Below, one piece after another: positions 1 through 13,672 of a stretch of DNA of 64,000 nucleotides. The notes beneath the pieces are model-generated. The model worked only from the letters and a program-made list of their open reading frames with translations, had not been told where the DNA came from and made no database searches. Position numbers and translations under genes: made by a program. Source of the DNA: Takakia lepidozioides (Eukaryota > Plantae > Bryophyta); assembly GCA_030704615.1 (NCBI GenBank), contig CM060732.1:33604001-33668000 (forward strand). Reading direction: 5' to 3'. The first letter of the stretch is position 1. Each line of letters starts with the position of its first letter.

Positions 1-1412
1 GGACTTTAATATGATGGAGCAAAAGGAAGACAGATCTGGAAGTCATAACCTCCAAATGGCATATAGTGAAAGAGATGCCTGGGAGTCAGTTTGTCTAGCT
101 TTGAGACTGTCGGATGCCACCTCCCCTGCCACTGGAGAACTACTTTATACTTGGTCTAACAACAGAAACCCGCCAGCTCTTTCCATGGCCAGATTAGAAT
201 ATCGTTTTTATTTTACTTCTTGTCTGTTAACCTGCTAGTCTAGAAGAATTATTTTTTGGCCCAATTATGCCAGGCTTTGATCACTCAAAAGTCATGTTGG
301 TCATTACTACTCCTAGGTCACATGTTAATTTAGGTAGAGGTTACTTTAAGCTCAATCCTTTACTTATTTCTGATCCATCTGTCATCTCCCGCCCTCCAAG
401 ATTAAACCTGGGAGCAAGATGACAGGCACATCCATTTGCGCACATTAAGGTTTTTTTTCGTAAACTACAGTCTGCCAAGAAATGTGTCAGGAACTGTCCC
501 GCAAGTTGGCAGCCGAGGCCTGGACATAGAGAGAAAAGGCATTCCGTAAGTGCTTGGTTGTTTGTCAATTTTAGTTGGAGTTGGGTAGGCAGGGTCCTCA
601 AACCTTGTTGTCTTATAAATCTGCTAAGCGAAATCTCTCTCTCCTGCTGCATTCCAAAGAAGCTAGCTTCCGGATGAAGGCTGGTGTCAATTGGTCCTTG
701 GGTGGGGAGAAAATGACAAGATACTTCTTCATTAGAGTAGCCAATCTAGTTCCTTCACTAACTGATGACACAAGATAATTCTCTTCCTCCCCTCAAATAT
801 TACTGTCTAATATGGCTGCCAGGTATTTTTCAGAAGTTGTTTGAAGAACGGGCTCCTACTCTGCAAAGGGAAACTACCAAGTAGCTTAACTGCTCCAGTG
901 TCCCTTGCCTCTTGTCATTGAATGAAATTTAAAACCACTTGGCTGCCCCTTTTTCCTTGGATCCAGGAGCTAGGGCAAGCAGTGGATGCCATGGCTCCTT
1001 TGAAAGCACCGGGGCTAGATGGTATGCCAGTGGAATTCTTTAAAGCTCTATGGCTCACTATAGGGAAAGATTTTTTGGAGATGGCTATGACATCCTCAGC
1101 AAGGGAATTATGCCGTCGCATATGTCTGAGGACTGATTACACTCATCTAAAGAAAAGGGGGACAGAAAAAGAAAACAAAAACCAAAAACAAAAAGCAAAA
1201 AAAACTATCGTCCTATCACCTTGTTGAACTCTACCTACAAAATTATAGCTAAGGCTCTTGCCATGAGACTCCAGCCGTTGCTTCCTAGGATCGTTAGGAC
1301 TGGATTCATTAAAGACAAGATGATCCTAGATAATATTATACTGGCCCACGAAGCCTTGCATATGGCTAAAATCAAATGCCAACCTCTAGCATTCATCATG
1401 CTAGAAAAAACG
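1..1412 (+). mobile_element. Degenerate LINE (L1/Tx1-like) ORF2 fragment: end of endonuclease region and start of reverse transcriptase
   Basis: YTWSN...ARLE (ORF 11), KAPGLDGMPVEFFKALW (ORF 922) and LNSTYKIIAKALAMRLQPLLP...GFIKDKMILDNIILAHE (ORF 1221) are typical LINE EN/RT motifs. Split by stops and frameshifts. Confidence 0.85.
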
Positions 1413-1789
1413 TATAGGTTATGCACATGGGGCAAGGCACAAACTCCCAACCACTAGGCTACCTACTCCAATGCAGGGGACACTAAATTTGTGAAGAACA
1501 TCTACAAAAGGTAGGAAAATGTGGACGACGTGCAAGCATAGGGATCTTCTACATAATTCTGTTGGATAGCGGCTGGCTGGTGTACTTTTGAAAGGGCATG
1601 TTGTACATGGCAATTTGTAATTGGCAATTGACATAAACCTTCCAAACATAAGTTCATTGCATGGTGTTAGCGGAAGGTTCATGTGAATAATGTGGCCATC
1701 AATGATTCTTTATTTCATGTTGGGATGCTCGATTATGCTAGGTGAGGTGAACAAAGAGAGAATGAACACCTAAGATTATGTGTTTGTCA

Positions 1790-2035
1790 AGTCAGTGGGA
1801 ATGACTCACCCAAACTGCCAAACTTGGGATCCAAGATTATGAGATAGGAGGTCAACTTATACTTTGCTAACCAAAGTCCAATATAGATTGAATGAGCATT
1901 TCTAAAGTGATAATACATATCATTGAATATTGTTCGCTCATGGCTGATGCCTTCGAAGGTGTATATACAACGAAGCATTTTTCTCTCTCTGGGTGTAGGA
2001 TGAGGACTTTTGACACCTTGTGACGGAAGCAACTA
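1790..2035. repeat. Dispersed repeat, copy A (paralog at ~13437-13672); host site of the chromovirus insertion
   Basis: agtcagtgggaatgac(t/c)cacccaaac..ccaaacttgg..tc.aagattatgagat ... tgtgacggaa.caacta aligns by eye with 13437-13672. Confidence 0.8.
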
Positions 2036-2059
2036 AGAGTCACTCAACCACTGAGAACA

Positions 2060-2773
2060 TGTCGCGCACCTCACTTCGGTAAGCTCCCCTTCACGTCATA
2101 GTTACTCGCTTTGATGCGCGCGCCTAACTCCCAAACTGGCCACCGGGCCAACTCGGAGCTTTGGCTGCTCACCGTGACATAACGGTCCCCCTTTGCTCCT
2201 CCACAAGACCCTCGCTCACTTTGGGCCTAGTGGAAATTCCCTTTGGTTGTTGGCAGTCCGGAACAGTTTGGTCGCTTTCCGGCTCGCACGCTTACTCACT
2301 AGTTTTTGGTCACCAACGGGCTTGCACCGTTCTCGGGGTTACTACTCCCTATATATACTTCTGTGACTATCCGCGGGGGTTTCACAAACAACACCGTCCT
2401 TTTATGGAGAACCACCACGAAGACCCTTGACTCCCGGTGATGAATCGCGGTGAGTTTTGGCCCACCCACCACGGCCCCAATGGACTGTGATGAGTCCCAA
2501 GACTCCCCACAACTCCCACCACAAGGTCTCCGCCCCATGGTGAGTCCTACGCCACCCCCACTAAGACCCACTAAGCTACCACCACCCCTCGTGGAACCAC
2601 CCCCACCGCAACCCGGTGTGCGGGGCTCCACCTAGTGAGCGCCTCCGCCTCCTTGAGTGCCTTGGGCACTCAGGGTGCTTCAGCCCCCGTACCTATTGTT
2701 ACCACTGCCCCCACCACAAGGGCAGCCCCTCTTGTGTCCCGACCCCTTGCCCTCAAGGCAAAGGGTTGCGACA
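2060..2773 (-). repeat. 3' LTR of chromovirus (714 bp)
   Basis: Begins tgtcgcgc, ends gcgaca. Near-identical to 8129-8852. Confidence 0.95.
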
Positions 2774-3541
2774 CACACCCCTACCAACAGATAGTCGATG
2801 TCCTCATCGATTTGTCCATTTTGTAGAAACTACCATCCAAGTTGTGGTGTCCCACATCAAGGAGTTTGTTTCCGTACCATGGCGTCCCATGGCAAAGAAC
2901 CAAACCCTCACTTGACTCTACTCTCCACTAGCTAGTTCGGCCGACTTCCTCCAATTCCCGGCCAAGGGTGGAGCCTCTCCAGCTCCACCCAGTGCACTCT
3001 TCTTGGGCCACTTCAAGGCCAAGGAATGATCCTCCTCGAGGATCGAATCACCTTACTGCAACAACATTGCTTGCGATCGCTCATGATGCCGCTTTTTGGC
3101 ATCACATTGAGCAAGGGTTCACCTTGAACCTTTTTTGACTAGGAAGATAACCTTGAACCAACCGTGCGCCCCAACCACTATAATTGGGTCCGCCTTGGAA
3201 TGCTGGCCTAAGATACAGGAACACGCCGAAGCCGCACTACGACTTCGTCCCGAGGTTACACGATTATAGTACGTGAACGGAAGCACGTAGCTTCCGCGTT
3301 AGCCCGCACAACAAGACAACCCCCTCGGTAGCGCAGTTATAGTATGCGCACGCGCCAGGTGCGCACTAGCATGTGAACTCCCAAAGAAGGCGCAAGTTTC
3401 CCTGTCCCTTGGATGGGAGGCACCCGATTTTGGCACTGCGTAAACACACGATTAATCCAATTTACCTCTCCCAATTTTGTAAGCTAGCATGCATTCTACA
3501 CACTAGCCAACCATACCATGCATCACCATTCAACGTCCCCA

Positions 3542-5038
3542 TCAACGCTTCTTCCGCTTCTGAGGTCGCCCTTCGAAAGCTGCAACCGCCTCGGATACGT
3601 TTCCCATTTCTGAGGCACATACCCAAGTTGCCTCCACTTGATGATAGCCCTTCCATTTCACGAGATACTTCGTTTCTCGATTCTTGAACCTCCTCGACTT
3701 AAGCACTGCCTCCACCTCGTATTCAGGTTCATTTTCATGATCCAACATCGCAGGTGGTGGACGCAACACTTGATGCCGATTCGGACGCGCTTCATCTTTG
3801 AAGTAAGGCTTCAAAAGGGAAACGTGAAATATCAGATGCACCTTGCTGTTTGCCGGCAGCTCCACTTCATACACATCCTCATTCATAACCTTCCGGATGC
3901 GAAAAGGGCCCGCATATGGAAGTACGAACTTTGGACTCACTACCGGAGGTAGTCGAAAATTCTTGATGTTCAACCAGACCTCCGTGCCTGCCTCAAACTT
4001 AATTTCCCTCTGCTTCCGATTTGCCTGCCGTTCATACCGTTTCCTAGCTTTGGCAATGTTATACTTTGCAAGCTCCAACAAATGTTTGCGTTCTTCCAGC
4101 ACCGTTGCTACTGCCGGTTCCTCAATGCCCTGGGCGGCCCAACTTGTCGGCACCAGAGGTGCTTTTCCATAGACCAATATGAAAGGGGAAACTCCCGTTG
4201 CGGAGTGTTTTGTGTTATTATAACAAAACTCTGTCGCATCAAAGTGCTCCACCCAGTCTGACTGGTCTGCCGACACATAATTCCGCAAGATCTGCTTCAC
4301 CGCGGAATTCACTCTTTCCGTTTGGCCATCCGTTGTAGGTCGGAAGGCCGTGCTCATCTTGAGCCACGTCCCCGTTTTCTTCCAAAGTGTCCTCCAAAAT
4401 TTACTTGTAAACTTTGGATCGCGGTCCGAGACAATATCCTTCGGGAGTCCATGATGCTTGAAGACGTGGGCGAAGTAAAGTCGTCCCGTCTCCTTGGTGG
4501 GGATGAAATGGCCCATTTTACTGAACCTATCCACCACCACCATGATTGCATCGAATCCTTTTGACAGTGGCAAAGCAGTCATGAAATCCATCGAGACACT
4601 TTCCTAAGACCCCTTTGGAATTGGCAAGGGTTGTAACAGCCCCGCTTGTTTTTTGTACTCGCTCCAGTTTTGTTGGCATGTGGTGCATGTCTTGACATAC
4701 TCCTCGGCCTCCTCCCTCAGTTTGGGCCAGAAACACTTTTTCTTCAAGAGTGCCGCGGTGCGCTTGGCTCCGCCGTGGCCCGCAAGCGGGCCATCATGGC
4801 ATTATCTCAAGAGACTATCTCTGATCCCTCCCTTCGGCACGTAGAGACGTTTTTGTTTGTACCGGAGCAGTCCATTGTGCAAGTGGAACTGCGATTTAAC
4901 CCCCAACCTCAAGTCTTGCATCACGGACTTCGCCATCTCATCCTTCCAGTGAGCCTTCCGGATCTTCCTTTGGAGAGCCGTCTCGCCCCTGTACACCAAC
5001 ATGAGCTGCTGCTTTCTACTTAAAGCATCGGCCACCAC
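3542..5038 (-). pseudogene. Integrase + chromodomain (disrupted)
   Basis: MDF...VVDRFSKMGHF, SDRDPKFTS, DGQTERVN, YAGPF motif, and chromodomain YEVEAVLKSRRFKNRETKYLVKWKGY...ATW. In-frame stop near 4604 and a frame change upstream. Confidence 0.93.
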
Positions 5039-5059
5039 GTTATCCCGTCCCGGTTTGTA

Positions 5060-6475
5060 CTAGATATCCACGTCGAACACTACCAAAGTGTCTTGCCACC
5101 TAAGTTGTTTTGGGGACAACTTAGGCTGTGTGGCAAAATACTTCACTGTGACATTGTCCGTGAACACCTTCACCGGGTTAGAACCAACATAGTGGCGCCA
5201 AAGCTCAAGGCAATGTACCACCGCCTTCATTTGCGTAGGCCATCGTCGCTCCACTGCATTCAGTTTCTTACTTTCGTAAGTCACTGGACGTCCATCCTGC
5301 ATGAACACACCCCCAATTGCGAAGTCCGACACATCTGTATGAATCTCAAATGGACGGTCGAACTCCGGGATTTTCAGGACTGGAGCTTCCGCCATCCGCT
5401 GCTTCAACTTGGCAAAAGCTTGGCCACAAAAGGTGTTCCATACCCATACCTTGGACTTATACAGAAGGTCCGACAGCGGCCCTGCGATCTTGGCGAAATT
5501 TCTCACATATTTTCGGTAATAGGAGGCGAGTCCTAGGAATGATCGCACTCCCGGGACCAAAGTCGGAGGCTCCCAGTCCAAGATCACCCTCACCTTTCTG
5601 TCATCCATTTTGATCCCATCATGTGTAATCACATGCCCTAGGAACTCCGCTTTTGTGACCCCGAATTCGTACTTTGAAGCTTTGGCATACAGCTTCCCTT
5701 CCCGCAATTTCTGGAACACCCGTTTGAGGTGCTCCAGGTACTCTTCCTTTGTTTTCGAGTACACCAAGATGTCGTCGATGTACACGATCACAAAGTCATC
5801 CAACCACTCCTGGAAAAGGCTGTTCATTAGCATGCTAAAGGTCGCGGGTGCGTTGGTGAGCCCAAAAGGCATCACCAAGAACTCATATGAATCATATCTT
5901 GTCCTGCACGCGGTCTTCTCCTCATCTCCTTCCGCCACTCGGATTTGATGGTAACCTGAGCGCAAATCGATCTGGCTGAAATACTTTGCTCCTGCCAACC
6001 GATCGAAGAGGTCGTCGATCCTTGGCAGAGGGTACCGGTTTTTTATAGTCACCTTATTCAGAGCCCTGTAATCAACACACATCTGCAGCATCCCATCCTT
6101 CTTGTCTGTGAATAGCACGGGGGCTCCGTCAGGTGACTTACTCGGCCGGATGTACCCCTTTGATATTAGATCCTTGAGCTGGGCCTTCAGCTCGACCAAC
6201 TCTCTGTGGCTCAACCGGTAGGGCGCCTTGGCAGGCGGCTCTGATCCCGGTATCAACTCTATCTTATGGTCAACTCCTCTTCGCGGTGGCAAGCCGCTTG
6301 GTAAATCCTTTGGCATCACATCCTGATATTTCTCCAAGATCCCTTTGATCCAATCTGGGCTCGGCTCCCTATCGACTTCTCCTTCCACTTGTCTTACGTA
6401 AAGCAAAAACTGGGGCTTGTGTGGCTCCTCCACGGCCCACTCCTTTGCTGATAGCAGGTTTATTTGCCCTCCCAC
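5060..6475 (-). pseudogene. Reverse transcriptase + RNase H of chromovirus pol
   Basis: [50 protein letters not shown]. Confidence 0.95.
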
Positions 6476-7900
6476 TCAGTTGGGTGTTTCCGATACCCGT
6501 AAAACTTCACCACCATTCCCACACGGTAGCGTGACTATTCTCTTGCGGCCATCTATGACCGCTCCGGATTTGCTCAAAAAGGTCATCCCCAAAATGAGAT
6601 CCACTCCATCGATCTCTCAAATGGTGAAGTTCTCACGTCCCTCCCAAGCCCCGAGCTGAAGAAGAACATCGAACACCAACCTCGTCGCCAGTTGTGGTTC
6701 TCCTTTGGCAGAACGCACTTCAATAGAGACCCCCACATCACTTGTTGGGAGCCCCAGCTTCCGTGTCGTTGCCGGTGTCATAAGGAGTGCGACGTTCTTG
6801 TGTCCACCAACAACGACAAATTAGTTCCGGACATTATCCCACTCACGAACATTAACTGACTCCCTTTACGCAAGGGGCCAGTCTCCTGATACAACTCACA
6901 AGCGTAGTTGCCTACCTTGCAAGTTTTGGCGACTACCGCCTCCACCAAGCGGTTGATGGACTCTTCGGACAGCTCCGTGGTCGCCCGAGTTATGTTCAAT
7001 TGTCGGGGTTTCGCGCACTTCTTGGCCATGTGCTCGGGCTCCCCGCAATTAAAGCACACTCCATCGAATGTCGCCTTCTATCCGCCATAAGCCGCCACAC
7101 CTAATTTTCTTTTCGGAGCACCAAGTGCTGCTTTGACGTGTGAAGGCCCTCCCTTCGATTTCCATGTGCCATTGTCGTCGCGTGGCCTATCCCACTTCTT
7201 TTCCGGTCGGAAGGAGTCACCCTTCCGCCGGGCCTTATTGTGGTTCAGCTCCGTACGGCCTTGTCTTTCGTCCCTAGGGACATCCAAGAATCATTCAACC
7301 CTTTCAATTGCCTCATTCAAAGTCTTGGGTGGCTTCTCCTCCAACTTCCGCCTGGACCATATGGCCATTCCCGCCACAAAGTTGAAGACCATTTCTGGTT
7401 CCGCCATATCTGCGACCTCAAGCAACAGCACATTGAAAGCTTGAACATATCCCCGAATGTCATCCGTTTGCTTCAAATTCCTCATCTTATCCCGGGTGAG
7501 CCAGGACGTGTTGAGGGGAATAAACTGTCTTTTCATAAGTTCCTTGAACCCACTCCAGTTCAAGGTTTCTGGGTTTGGACATTGGTCATTAAGGCGTTTC
7601 TGCCACCATTGTTGAGCATAGCCCCTCAAATAGGTGGGAGCCACTTCCACCCGATCCTCGTCACTTAACTTGGCCGCCCGGAAGTACTGCTCCAGCTCCA
7701 AGAGCTAGGTGTTGAGTGCCTTCTGATTTCGGACGCCCTCGAAGGTGTCAGGTTCCTTAGGCTTCACCTTAAACTTTGCCTTAGTGGAAGTGGCATTAGC
7801 CGCCATCACGTCTTTCAACGTCCCGCCAAACTGCGCCAACAACCCTTTCCAAAAGGCTGTTGGCATGGGAGACATCTCTTGGTGTGCCGGAGCCTCCGGG
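6476..7900 (-). pseudogene. Gag (retrotransposon gag domain, CCHC knuckle) and aspartic protease, disrupted
   Basis: ELEQYF...YLRGYAQQWW...W..FKELMKRQF; CFNCGEPEHMAKKC; degenerate protease site LVDTRTSHSL; several stops. Confidence 0.88.
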
Positions 7901-8114
7901 AAGTCCTCGGGCTTCGACTACCCAAATTCCTCCCGTTCTTGAGCGGCCTCGCTTTCAGAAGCATAAATCGCCTATTCCAATTGCCGCTTCGGTGACACGT
8001 CGCCTCCAGCGGGCTCACCAGGATCATCATCTTTCGGGCCGTTCCGCTTTCGTTTTGTCTTGCCCGACCCCATGATGAGGCCGATCTCAAGGACGATCGC
8101 GTACTGAACTCTAA

Positions 8115-8126
8115 GCTCTGATACCA
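8115..8126 (-). other. Primer-binding site complementary to tRNA-iMet
   Basis: TGGTATCAGAGC, 2 nt inside the 5' LTR boundary. Confidence 0.93.
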
Positions 8127-8128
8127 AG

Positions 8129-8852
8129 TATCGCGCACCTCACTTCGGTAAGCTCCCCTTCACGTCATAGTTACTCGCTTTGATGCGCGCACCTAATTCC
8201 CAAACTGGCCGCCGGGCCAACTCGGAGCTTCAGCTACTCACCGGGACATAACGGTCCCCATTTGCTCCTCCACAAGACCCTCGCTCACTTTGGGCCTAGT
8301 GGAAATTCCCTTTGGTTGTTGGCAGTCCGAAACAGTTCCCCACACCTTGGTCGTTTTCCGGCTCGCACGCTTACTTACTAATTTTTGGTCGCCAACAAGT
8401 CTGCACCGTTCTCGGGGTTACTACTCCTTATATATACTTCTGTGACTGTCCGCGAGGGATTCACAAACAACACCGTCCTTTTATGGCGAACCACCACGAA
8501 GACCCTTGACTCCCGGTGATGAGTCGCGATGAGTCTTGGCCCACCCGCCACGGCCCCAATGGACTGTGATGAGTCCCAAGACTCCCCACGACTCCCACCA
8601 CAAGGTCTCCGCCCCATGGTGAGTCCTACGCCACCCCCACTAAGACCCACTAAGCTACCACCACCCCTCGTGGAACCACCCCCACCGCAACCCGGTGTGC
8701 GGGGCTCCACCTAGTGAGCGCCTCCACCTCCTTGAGTGCCTTGGGCACTCAAGGGTGCTTCAGCCCCCATACCTATTGTTGCCACTGCCCCCACCACAGG
8801 GGCAACCCCTCTTGTGTCCCGACCCCCTGCCCTCAAGGCAAGGGCTGCGACA
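8129..8852 (-). repeat. 5' LTR of chromovirus (724 bp)
   Basis: Matches 2060-2773. Internal end mutated (ta instead of tg at 8129). About 10 bp of extra sequence near 8338-8347. Confidence 0.95.
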
Positions 8853-9269
8853 GAACATGCTTTGAGTGTCACCTAGTCTACATCCCAAATTAAGAAGCAT
8901 CCAAAGAGAAAACCCTAGTCGAAGTCAGCCTAAATAAGAGCCACTTCCCTACCAACCGGGAATTGCCCGCCCTCAAATTTTCGGTAGCCACATTGAGTGT
9001 GGCTCCCTGGTCCCCACTAGCGCAACTCCCCAGGCCCCACACGCCTAGGGCCGCCCCACTTCATGCCCTTTTGCTCGCCAAAATTAATCTTGCTCACCAA
9101 CCCTCTCAACACTTGGTGGGCCCGCCTTTATCTAAACGTGCTCGGTCTGCCCTGGCCCATCCCCTCCGCATTTTTGGTTTTGTAGAGTATAAGTTAGGGT
9201 TGTTTGGAGAGTGCAAGTTTTGAACATATGTTTTTCTGTCTATTAATGTTTCTTTGAAAAGAATAGGAA

Positions 9270-10110
9270 CAATCTCCAAGCTACCCATCAAACATATGCA
9301 AAATAATTATATAGATTTTATGCAATCTGAAAAATGACAAGAATAACCTTTCGGAGGCATGTTCGATTTTGTAGCAAATTTCCAGTTAACTATAAGACTA
9401 ACCATCGGGTTGGTACCCATCAAACATGATAGAGACAACCTTCCATAAGAAAAATATATTTGTTCGGGTTTACGCAATCTGAAAATGACATGAACAACCT
9501 TCCGCAGTATACACTCAGATATATGGATTGAGCAATTTTAAGATTGACGTGAACAACATTCGGGCAAGTACCCATCAAACATGACTCAATAGTAGAAACA
9601 ACCTTCTGTAAGGTATTTAACATATTTGTCTGTATTTTTTACAATTTACAAAATGATAGGAACAATCTTCCGGAGGGTACTCTACCAACATGTTTGAATT
9701 GAGCAATTTTAAATTGACTTGAACAACCTTTTAGTAGGCACCCATCATATATGACTCAATGGTAGAAATAACCTTCTATAAGCCTTGAGGTACATTTAAC
9801 ATAATTGTTTGGGTTATATAAGAAATAATGTGAACAATCTTCCGGAGGGTATACCAACATGTTTGGATTGAACAATTTTTTTTGTAGCATGTACCCATCA
9901 AACACGACTCAATGGTAGAAATAACCTTTTGTAAGGTAAAAATATTTATTTTGGATTTTATGCAATTTGAAAAAATAACAAGCACAACCTTCCGGAGAGT
10001 ATATTAACATGTTTGGATTGAGTGATTTTAAAAAACGGTCATCATCTTCCAGCAAGTACCCATCAGACATGATGCAATGGTAAACATAACCTTATAGACG
10101 GTAAAAACTA
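9270..10110. repeat. Degenerate AT-rich tandem array, ~6 units of ~130-170 bp
   Basis: Anchor acccatca..cat recurs near 9283, 9415, 9570, 9740, 9893 and 10058, with aaccttc / ttccggag / ggattgagc motifs between. Confidence 0.75.
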
Positions 10111-10789
10111 TTTGTTTGTATTTGACCAAGCTATTTGAGTGATGGGTTGAGTTTTCTTGCTTCTGCCTCCCACATAGAAATATGATATGGTATCAGGCTA
10201 GCCAACTATCGTGGAAATTTCAAACCAAACAACATTATTTTTATTAGGGTCCTTTGTATGTGTTTGAGGGGGGGGTCAAAATGACTGCCATAGCTCAGCA
10301 ATTCAAGGTGAGCCCATTCCAAAAATTGACCCATTAATAACGAGATGTTTTACTCAATCCCTCTGGTGAGGGTGTGGAATACACTACAATAATGAGCCTG
10401 GTCAAAACAAATTCTAGATCCAAGGGTAGAAATTACAAAAATTAATAATGTTATAAACCTAGATAATCTACTTTATTGTATCTAAGCTTGAATGATTCTT
10501 GAGCCATATGAGGGCCACATTGTTGTTGTATGAACAAGCTCTTCAAGCCAACTGACGGCTACCCACAAAAATGAAAATAGAGAGAAGAGAGATTCATGTG
10601 TTTGAGAGTTATTGGAGGGTCCACAATCAAGCTTATCTCCATGTAGCCCAAAGTTCTACAGATTGGAGATTGAATTCTATCACGGAGGAATATTGGCTAA
10701 TGCATTCGAGGTAAATACATGTAGTAGTCTTGACTGACCTAGTTTAGGGGTCCATGCATAACATAAAATCTGTGGATATGTGAAGAAGA

Positions 10790-13029
10790 TTGAGCGACAT
10801 GACAATGAATATCATCACTCGCATAGTGCTTGGGAAAAAATGGTTTGGAGTAGAGACGACTACTGAGGAAGGTCAAGAGTTTAAGAACCTAATTGTAGAA
10901 CTTTTTGACCTCGTTGGTGCTTTCAACGTTGGTGACTCCATTCCATTCCTAAAGCCTTTTGACCTACAAGGCTATGAAGCCCGCATGAAAAAAGTTGCTG
11001 CAAGCATGGATCGCTTCTTTAGTATGATGATCTTCAAAAAGATGGAAAAAAAAAATCAAACGCCCAAAAAGACCTTGTAAATGTATTATTGTCTATTGCT
11101 GGAGAGGAAGGTGTGGAATATAGGCTTGACGACTCTTCTATGAAATTACTCATGATTGTAAGTATATTCATCTCCTCCACATGTATTCATATCTTTTCTT
11201 TGAATGTAAGTTGTCTAGATGGTGAGTTTATGTAATGAAATTTTCTCAAAACTGTTTAAAGGTTGGCCATTATCCATTCGGCCTCTTGATTGAAAACCTA
11301 GATCATCAAGAAAGTGTAGATGTGATTCTCAAGCATATAACAACCATGTTCTACCTCATGACGAAATGAATAGATTTGGCAATGTAGATAAGATGGATCG
11401 CATAATACCCAAATCAACAAACAGAGGTAGACATGACCCACCATTAGATGAAATATTTGAGCACATGCCAAATACTCGAAAGTGGCAAGAATTTACTCAT
11501 TGATCTAGCTGTCGACATGTTTCAAAACCCTTTTAATCTGTCATTGTCACAAATCACATATCATTCTTTGATGACTTTCTTGGATTTGAATTGCCTCTCA
11601 CGATGGCGGAGCGCCCTTAGGGTAGGGGTCGAATATCTAGGAAAGTCATCGATAAAGACCGTGTGTGGATATCATACACCTCCCCTTCGTTAGGTAAGAA
11701 TTCCATAGCCTAGCTTTGACACGATTTGCCTATGTATCAAAATTAACTTTCATCCTACAAAATTTATGATTATACTGGATAATATTATTAAAACTGGATA
11801 ATAGTGGATGTGTAAGCGTGCCATATGCTGCCTATATGCCTTACAGCCTCATTAGGATTTGGAGGTTACAAGTGATATTGCTCTTTAGGTACCAATTTAT
11901 TATTATTATTATTTCCCTTGAACTCCTATCTTTCTATCCTGACCAAGCAAGGATAAGATGGTTAGTCAATCTTCTTTAGGTAAGTTTATTGTTGGCCTAT
12001 CATGTTGTACCTAGCCTAAAAATGATTTGACACCTTCCAAAACCGTAGTGGTAAGTAGAAATAGAAACAATCTACATAACTTTTACGAAAATAATTCTTA
12101 TCCAACATGATAGACCATCAGGGTTCGAGATATACAACATAGATTCTTGGAATTTGAAACAGAAATAGTCTAAAAATCATGACCAAATTTGTATTTTTTC
12201 TCATTTATTCATTGGTAAATGTGTGCACCACAAATAGGTCATGTACCACAATCATTGGGGGCTTCTACAATCTGCAATTACTATCTGGAAGCTCTAACAA
12301 AGCTACAAAGTCAACAGGTCTTTACTTCATAGAGCTCATTAACTCTTAAATGCACACATAGACTGGTTAAAAATACTCAAGATGATATGTCTCATCATGT
12401 CAATTGTTGATGCATGATATTATTTCGGGGGGCACTGACCCATCAGCAACAACCATAGAATGGGCGCTCACACATCTCTTGCAACATCCCAATGCAATGA
12501 AGAAAGTTCAAAAGGAGTTGGATGACGTGATTGGGTGTGATAGGTTGGTGGATGAAGCCGACATTCCTTGCCTCCCTTACCTTCAGGCAGTTGTGAAGGA
12601 GACCCTACGCATCAACCCTCCAGCTCTTTTCCTGCCGCATGATAGCATTAAAGCTTGCCAAATAGCAAGCTACCAAAGACACTGACAATGGTAAATGTAT
12701 GGGCTATTTATCACAACGCATGTGTTTGGCAGAAGCCTCATGAATTCATTCCGGAAAGGTTTGACAACAGTAATATGGATGTAAAAGGCCAAAATTTTGA
12801 GCTCTTGCCATTTGGATCAGGACGACGAAGTTGCCCAGGCTTGCCTTTGGGTTTGATTACGGTTCAAAGGGGTCTGGTTCAACTACTCCAAAGCTTTACA
12901 TTCGAGCTTCCAGAATGCCAACATCCCCAAGACTTGGACATGAGTGAGGTCTTTGGGCTCACGACTCGAAGAGTTGTTCCATTGCAAGTTGTCGTGAAAG
13001 CTCGTTTGCCTCATCATTTCTATACTTAA
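10790..13029 (+). pseudogene. Cytochrome P450 pseudogene (CYP71 clan), 5'-truncated; exons ~10790-11157 and 12416-13029
   Basis: I-helix GGTD.SATTIEW, K-helix ETLR, PERF, heme motif PFGSGRRSCPG. Donor GTAAGT at 11158 at the usual A-type intron position; acceptor reads TGCAT instead of TGCAG (12411-12415). Frameshifts near 11030-11080 and ~12670. No N-terminal half visible. Confidence 0.92.
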
Positions 13030-13224
13030 TTACTTAGTATTCCCACACATGGTTTATGTCGTTTGATATCTACTAGTAGCTGATTTGATAGCTACTAATA
13101 GCTGATGTGGAGCATTCACAATTATTGATGATGAGTTGTCTCTTCACATGTATTGTGTTCTTACAAACTTTAAGTACATCTACAAACTTTAAGATTCAAT
13201 TCAATGAACTCGTGAAATCTTGTA

Positions 13225-13430
13225 CTGCAATGTGCATATCATGCGATCATCACATTCCAGGACACCACATCTTGTTCAATCATATTGTCAAACACTCATT
13301 TTGCATATTTAATCTCCGAAATTGGGTGAGTATTAGGGCCTAAGTGTTCAGAACGACTTTGACAATGTCACATGCAGCATTGACTCCTTGCTTTTTTTCA
13401 GGTCTGTCAAGCTTGCACACGCATTACGTG
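13225..13430 (-). pseudogene. PLS-type PPR fragment
   Basis: Minus strand reads AK*VFDNMIEQDVVSWNVMIA*YAH, the same motif family as 36727-44510. Confidence 0.75.
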
Positions 13431-13436
13431 TTTGTG

Positions 13437-13672
13437 AAGTCAGTGGGAATGACCCACCCAAACCGCCAAACTTGGAATCTAAGATTATGAGATGAGGTCA
13501 ATTATACTTTGCTCACCGAAGTCAAATACAAACTAAGCAAGCATTTGTAAAGTGATAGTACACGTCATTGAATATTATTCATGGCTTACGTCTCCAAAGG
13601 TGTATACACAACGAAGCATTTTTCTCTCTATGGGTGTCTGGGGGTGTTGGCATCTTTGTGACGGAAACAACT
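13437..13672. repeat. Dispersed repeat, copy B (paralog of 1790-2035)
   Basis: Direct sequence similarity to 1790-2035. Confidence 0.8.

Larger units (their letters stand above)
2060..8852 (-). mobile_element. Full-length Ty3/gypsy chromovirus LTR retrotransposon with decayed coding region
   Basis: LTRs at 2060-2773 and 8129-8852. TSD GAACA at 2055-2059 and 8853-8857. PBS TGGTATCAGAGC (8115-8126, -). PPT GGTAGGGGTGTG (2774-2785, -). Domain order gag-PR-RT-RH-INT-chromodomain. Confidence 0.97.

Noticed and set aside
2299-2635. Pro-rich/Gly-rich ORFs repeated at 8378-8714
   Set aside because: They lie in the C-rich LTR; repetition is explained by LTR identity and no domain is recognisable.
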